In this document: one piece after another, positions 61,671 through 64,000 of the stretch
Numbering within the stretch: the stretch's first letter is position 1
How the letters are laid out: each line of letters begins with the position of its first letter
Sequence record: MK799832.1
Reading direction: 5' to 3' (one strand)
Length of the DNA: 64,000 nucleotides
Position numbers and translations under genes: made by a program
Notes under the pieces: generated by a model
The model's database searches: none
What the model was told of the DNA's origin: nothing
Seen by the model: the letters and a program-made list of their open reading frames with translations, nothing else

Positions 61671-61860
61671 TGTTACTGCCGTGGCTCTACTTGCAGAGTC
61701 TCATATCTCAATCCACACATGGCCTGAGAATGGTATGGCAGTCTGTGATGTGTTTACATGCGGTGAACACACAAACCCAAGGTCTGGTGCAACTTATATG
61801 TACGAGGCAATGGGTGCAACTGATTTAGTTTCTGAAACTTTCAAGAGACCTTTAGAATGA
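61671..61860 (+). pseudogene. speD: S-adenosylmethionine decarboxylase, 3' part only
   Basis: VTAVALLAESHISIHTWPE...CDVFTCG. Confidence 0.9.
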
Positions 61861-62381
61861 ATATCTTTGTAACCAGTGAATGTCCATGGGAGTCTGCCAA
61901 AGTTCTCCCTGACAAACATATTGTCAAGATGCCTCTAGAGACCTGTCAGATGTTGTCTATCGTCTGTTCAGACAAATGGGGTCATGGGTTTGGGACCATC
62001 CCTAAGGCCGACGGAACCCCTTACAGCACCGAGAAGGGTGCCTTCCGTAACCATCCCTGTACCATCTGGGCAAGTGAGTTCGTGATGAACTGGCAATGGT
62101 TACTTCACCACGGTATCGCTTTGTGTGATGAATACAAGATGAGGTATGGTAAAATTCATACTTGTTTTCATTCTCTTCTTGCAGCAAAAGAAATACTTCC
62201 TACAGGTGATCCTACAGGAAGAAGTGGAACACACACACCGTTTGTTCGTGCCATGCCTGAAGAATTCAAGTACGATACAAGTATTTCTACATTTGATGCG
62301 TATAAAATGTATATTGCATCTAAACCCTGGGTAAAAGATAACTATCTTCGTATCCCAGATCGTAAACCTGAATGGGTATGA
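61857..62381 (+). CDS. Pyrimidine-dimer DNA glycosylase-like protein
   Basis: MNIFVT....SA..LPDKHIVKMPLE.CQMLS...HPCTIW. Confidence 0.7.
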   Translation: MNIFVTSECPWESAKVLPDKHIVKMPLETCQMLSIVCSDKWGHGFGTIPKADGTPYSTEKGAFRNHPCTIWASEFVMNWQWLLHHGIALCDEYKMRYGKIHTCFHSLLAAKEILPTGDPTGRSGTHTPFVRAMPEEFKYDTSISTFDAYKMYIASKPWVKDNYLRIPDRKPEWV

Positions 62382-63064
62382 CAGACTATCTTCTGATTGA
62401 AAATAATCTTACTGAAAATGATATCAATGAAATCTATCGGTTGATTGATATTGAGTCTGTTTGGGTCGATGGTCATCAGAGTGTCCAATCTGATAGTAGT
62501 GACGAAGAAAAATTAAAGATTAAGACAAACTTTCAATGTGAGTTTACTTCACAGGGTAACCAATCCTTGTCTGATATTGTCTTCAGTAGAATGGATACGA
62601 GGATTAAGTTTATTGAGTTTACTGTTGCAAGAAATAGTGCAACTCCACTAGTAAGTAGAACTGAAGTTGGAGGGTTTTATAAACCTCATCATGATCATGC
62701 TCAACTTGGTGATTTTAGTACAACGATATTTCTCAATGATGACTTTGAGGGAGGAGAACTATGTTTGTGGATCAATGGTGAAGAAGTAAAATTCAAACCA
62801 CCTGCAGGTAGTTCAGTCACGTATAAAACTGGAACACCTCATAGGGTCAATACTGTCACTAAAGGACATAGAGATGCAGTTATATTCTGGACACATTCAC
62901 AACTCAAAGATCCGTTTGAGTATGATATGTATCAGGGGTTGACAAGTGCGTTAAACTATATTGAACCAACTTATCATGAAAATCTAGAAGACGCAAGTAA
63001 AGATCCATACTTTATCTTGCACAATTTACAGGACAAGATTATCAGAAAAAACCATCGTAATTAA
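62378..63064 (+). CDS. PKHD-type 2OG-Fe(II) hydroxylase
   Basis: FYKPHHD, STTIFLNDDFEGGEL, PHRVNTVTKGHR. Confidence 0.85.
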   Translation: MTDYLLIENNLTENDINEIYRLIDIESVWVDGHQSVQSDSSDEEKLKIKTNFQCEFTSQGNQSLSDIVFSRMDTRIKFIEFTVARNSATPLVSRTEVGGFYKPHHDHAQLGDFSTTIFLNDDFEGGELCLWINGEEVKFKPPAGSSVTYKTGTPHRVNTVTKGHRDAVIFWTHSQLKDPFEYDMYQGLTSALNYIEPTYHENLEDASKDPYFILHNLQDKIIRKNHRN

Positions 63065-63066
63065 TT

Positions 63067-64000
63067 ATGAGTCGTAATGAATTTGTCTGGGTTGAATCTT
63101 ACCGACCCCAGACTATTGAGGACTGTATTCTTCCTGATGGGATCAAGAATACATTTCAAAAATTTGTAGAGAAAGGTGAGGTTCCAAACCTTCTTCTATC
63201 TGGTCCTCCTGGTTGTGGTAAAACCACGGTGGCCAAAGCACTTTGTCATGAACTTGGAGTAGATTATTATGTCATCAACGGATCCGATGAGGGACGTTTT
63301 CTCGATACGGTCAGAAACAATGCGAAGAATTTCGCTTCGACCGTCTCACTTTCATCAACTGCAAAACACAAAGTCATCATCATTGATGAGGCAGATAACA
63401 CGACCCCAGATGTACAACTCTGTCTACGGGCATTTACTGAGGAGTTTATTGGTAACTGTCGATTCATCTTCACCTGTAACTACAAGAACAAAATTATTGA
63501 ACCGCTCCACTCCAGGTGCGCCGTTGTCGATTTCTCTATCAAAGGAAAAGAACGACAAGAACTTGCAGCCAAGTTCTTCCAGCGTCTCAGGACTATTCTT
63601 GAGACAGAGAGTGTGGAATATGATCCGAAAGTTCTTGTCGAACTAATCCAGAAACACTTCCCTGATTGGAGACGAGTTCTTAATGAACTCCAACGATACT
63701 CTGTCAGTGGTAAGATTGACTCTGGTATCCTTGCTGCCTTTAGTAACGTAAAAACCGATGATTTATTCAAAAGCCTTAAGGACAAAGATTTTCCAAAGGT
63801 CAGGAAGTGGGTCGTGGATAATCTTGATAATGACCCTCACGTTCTTCTTCGTAGTGTTTACGACGCAATATATTCAAAGTTGGATGGTAGTGGGATCGCT
63901 GCTGCTGTTCTCATTATTGCTAAGTATCAGTATCAAAGTTCTTTCGTCGCGGATCAAGAAATAAATATGTTGGCTTGTCTAACTGAAATCATGGTGGAGT
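63067..64000 (+). CDS. Clamp loader large subunit gp44 (runs off window end)
   Basis: Hand translation: WVESYRPQTIEDCILP, GPPGCGKT, IIDEAD, SRC; not in the ORF track. Confidence 0.95.
   Translation, partial: MSRNEFVWVESYRPQTIEDCILPDGIKNTFQKFVEKGEVPNLLLSGPPGCGKTTVAKALCHELGVDYYVINGSDEGRFLDTVRNNAKNFASTVSLSSTAKHKVIIIDEADNTTPDVQLCLRAFTEEFIGNCRFIFTCNYKNKIIEPLHSRCAVVDFSIKGKERQELAAKFFQRLRTILETESVEYDPKVLVELIQKHFPDWRRVLNELQRYSVSGKIDSGILAAFSNVKTDDLFKSLKDKDFPKVRKWVVDNLDNDPHVLLRSVYDAIYSKLDGSGIAAAVLIIAKYQYQSSFVADQEINMLACLTEIMVE

Noticed and set aside
58534-61860. Novel SprA-SpeD fusion protein as a phage auxiliary gene
   Set aside because: Both parts are fragments, there is no RBS or signal peptide, it destroys two phage genes, and the window has several other artefact-like junctions
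1-64000. CRISPR array or alternative genetic code
   Set aside because: No regularly spaced repeats were seen, and conserved genes translate fully with the standard bacterial code

Overview
Most of this window is a T4-like cyanophage (marine Synechococcus/Prochlorococcus-type myovirus) genome. It carries tail-fibre/chaperone cassettes, small early genes, a SF2 helicase, ten tRNAs, host-derived genes (petE, psbA, psbD, phoH, thyX, hsp20, glutaredoxin, 2OG-Fe(II) oxygenases, a mannose-6-P-isomerase-like cupin, a speD fragment), replication genes (gp33, gp59, gp32, gp44, gp62, regA, partial gp43, partial nrdB) and several free-standing homing-endonuclease-like ORFs. The window is not colinear with a real genome. 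At least six junctions (about 14060, 43742, 51255, 55015, 58540 and 61670) cut essential genes, two are exact inverted duplications, and about 3.1 kb of Bacteroidota sprA is spliced in. The most likely cause is amplification or assembly chimerism. The best candidates for real, under-described biology lie inside intact blocks: (i) a shared pseudoknot-like leader RNA plus late promoter upstream of an HNH gene and of a nuclease-less HNH relative; (ii) a 65-codon ORF nested inside a tandem glutamine-riboswitch-like leader; (iii) a synonymously recoded psbA 3' end next to an F-CphI-like endonuclease. All family names come from motif recognition; no database search was run.
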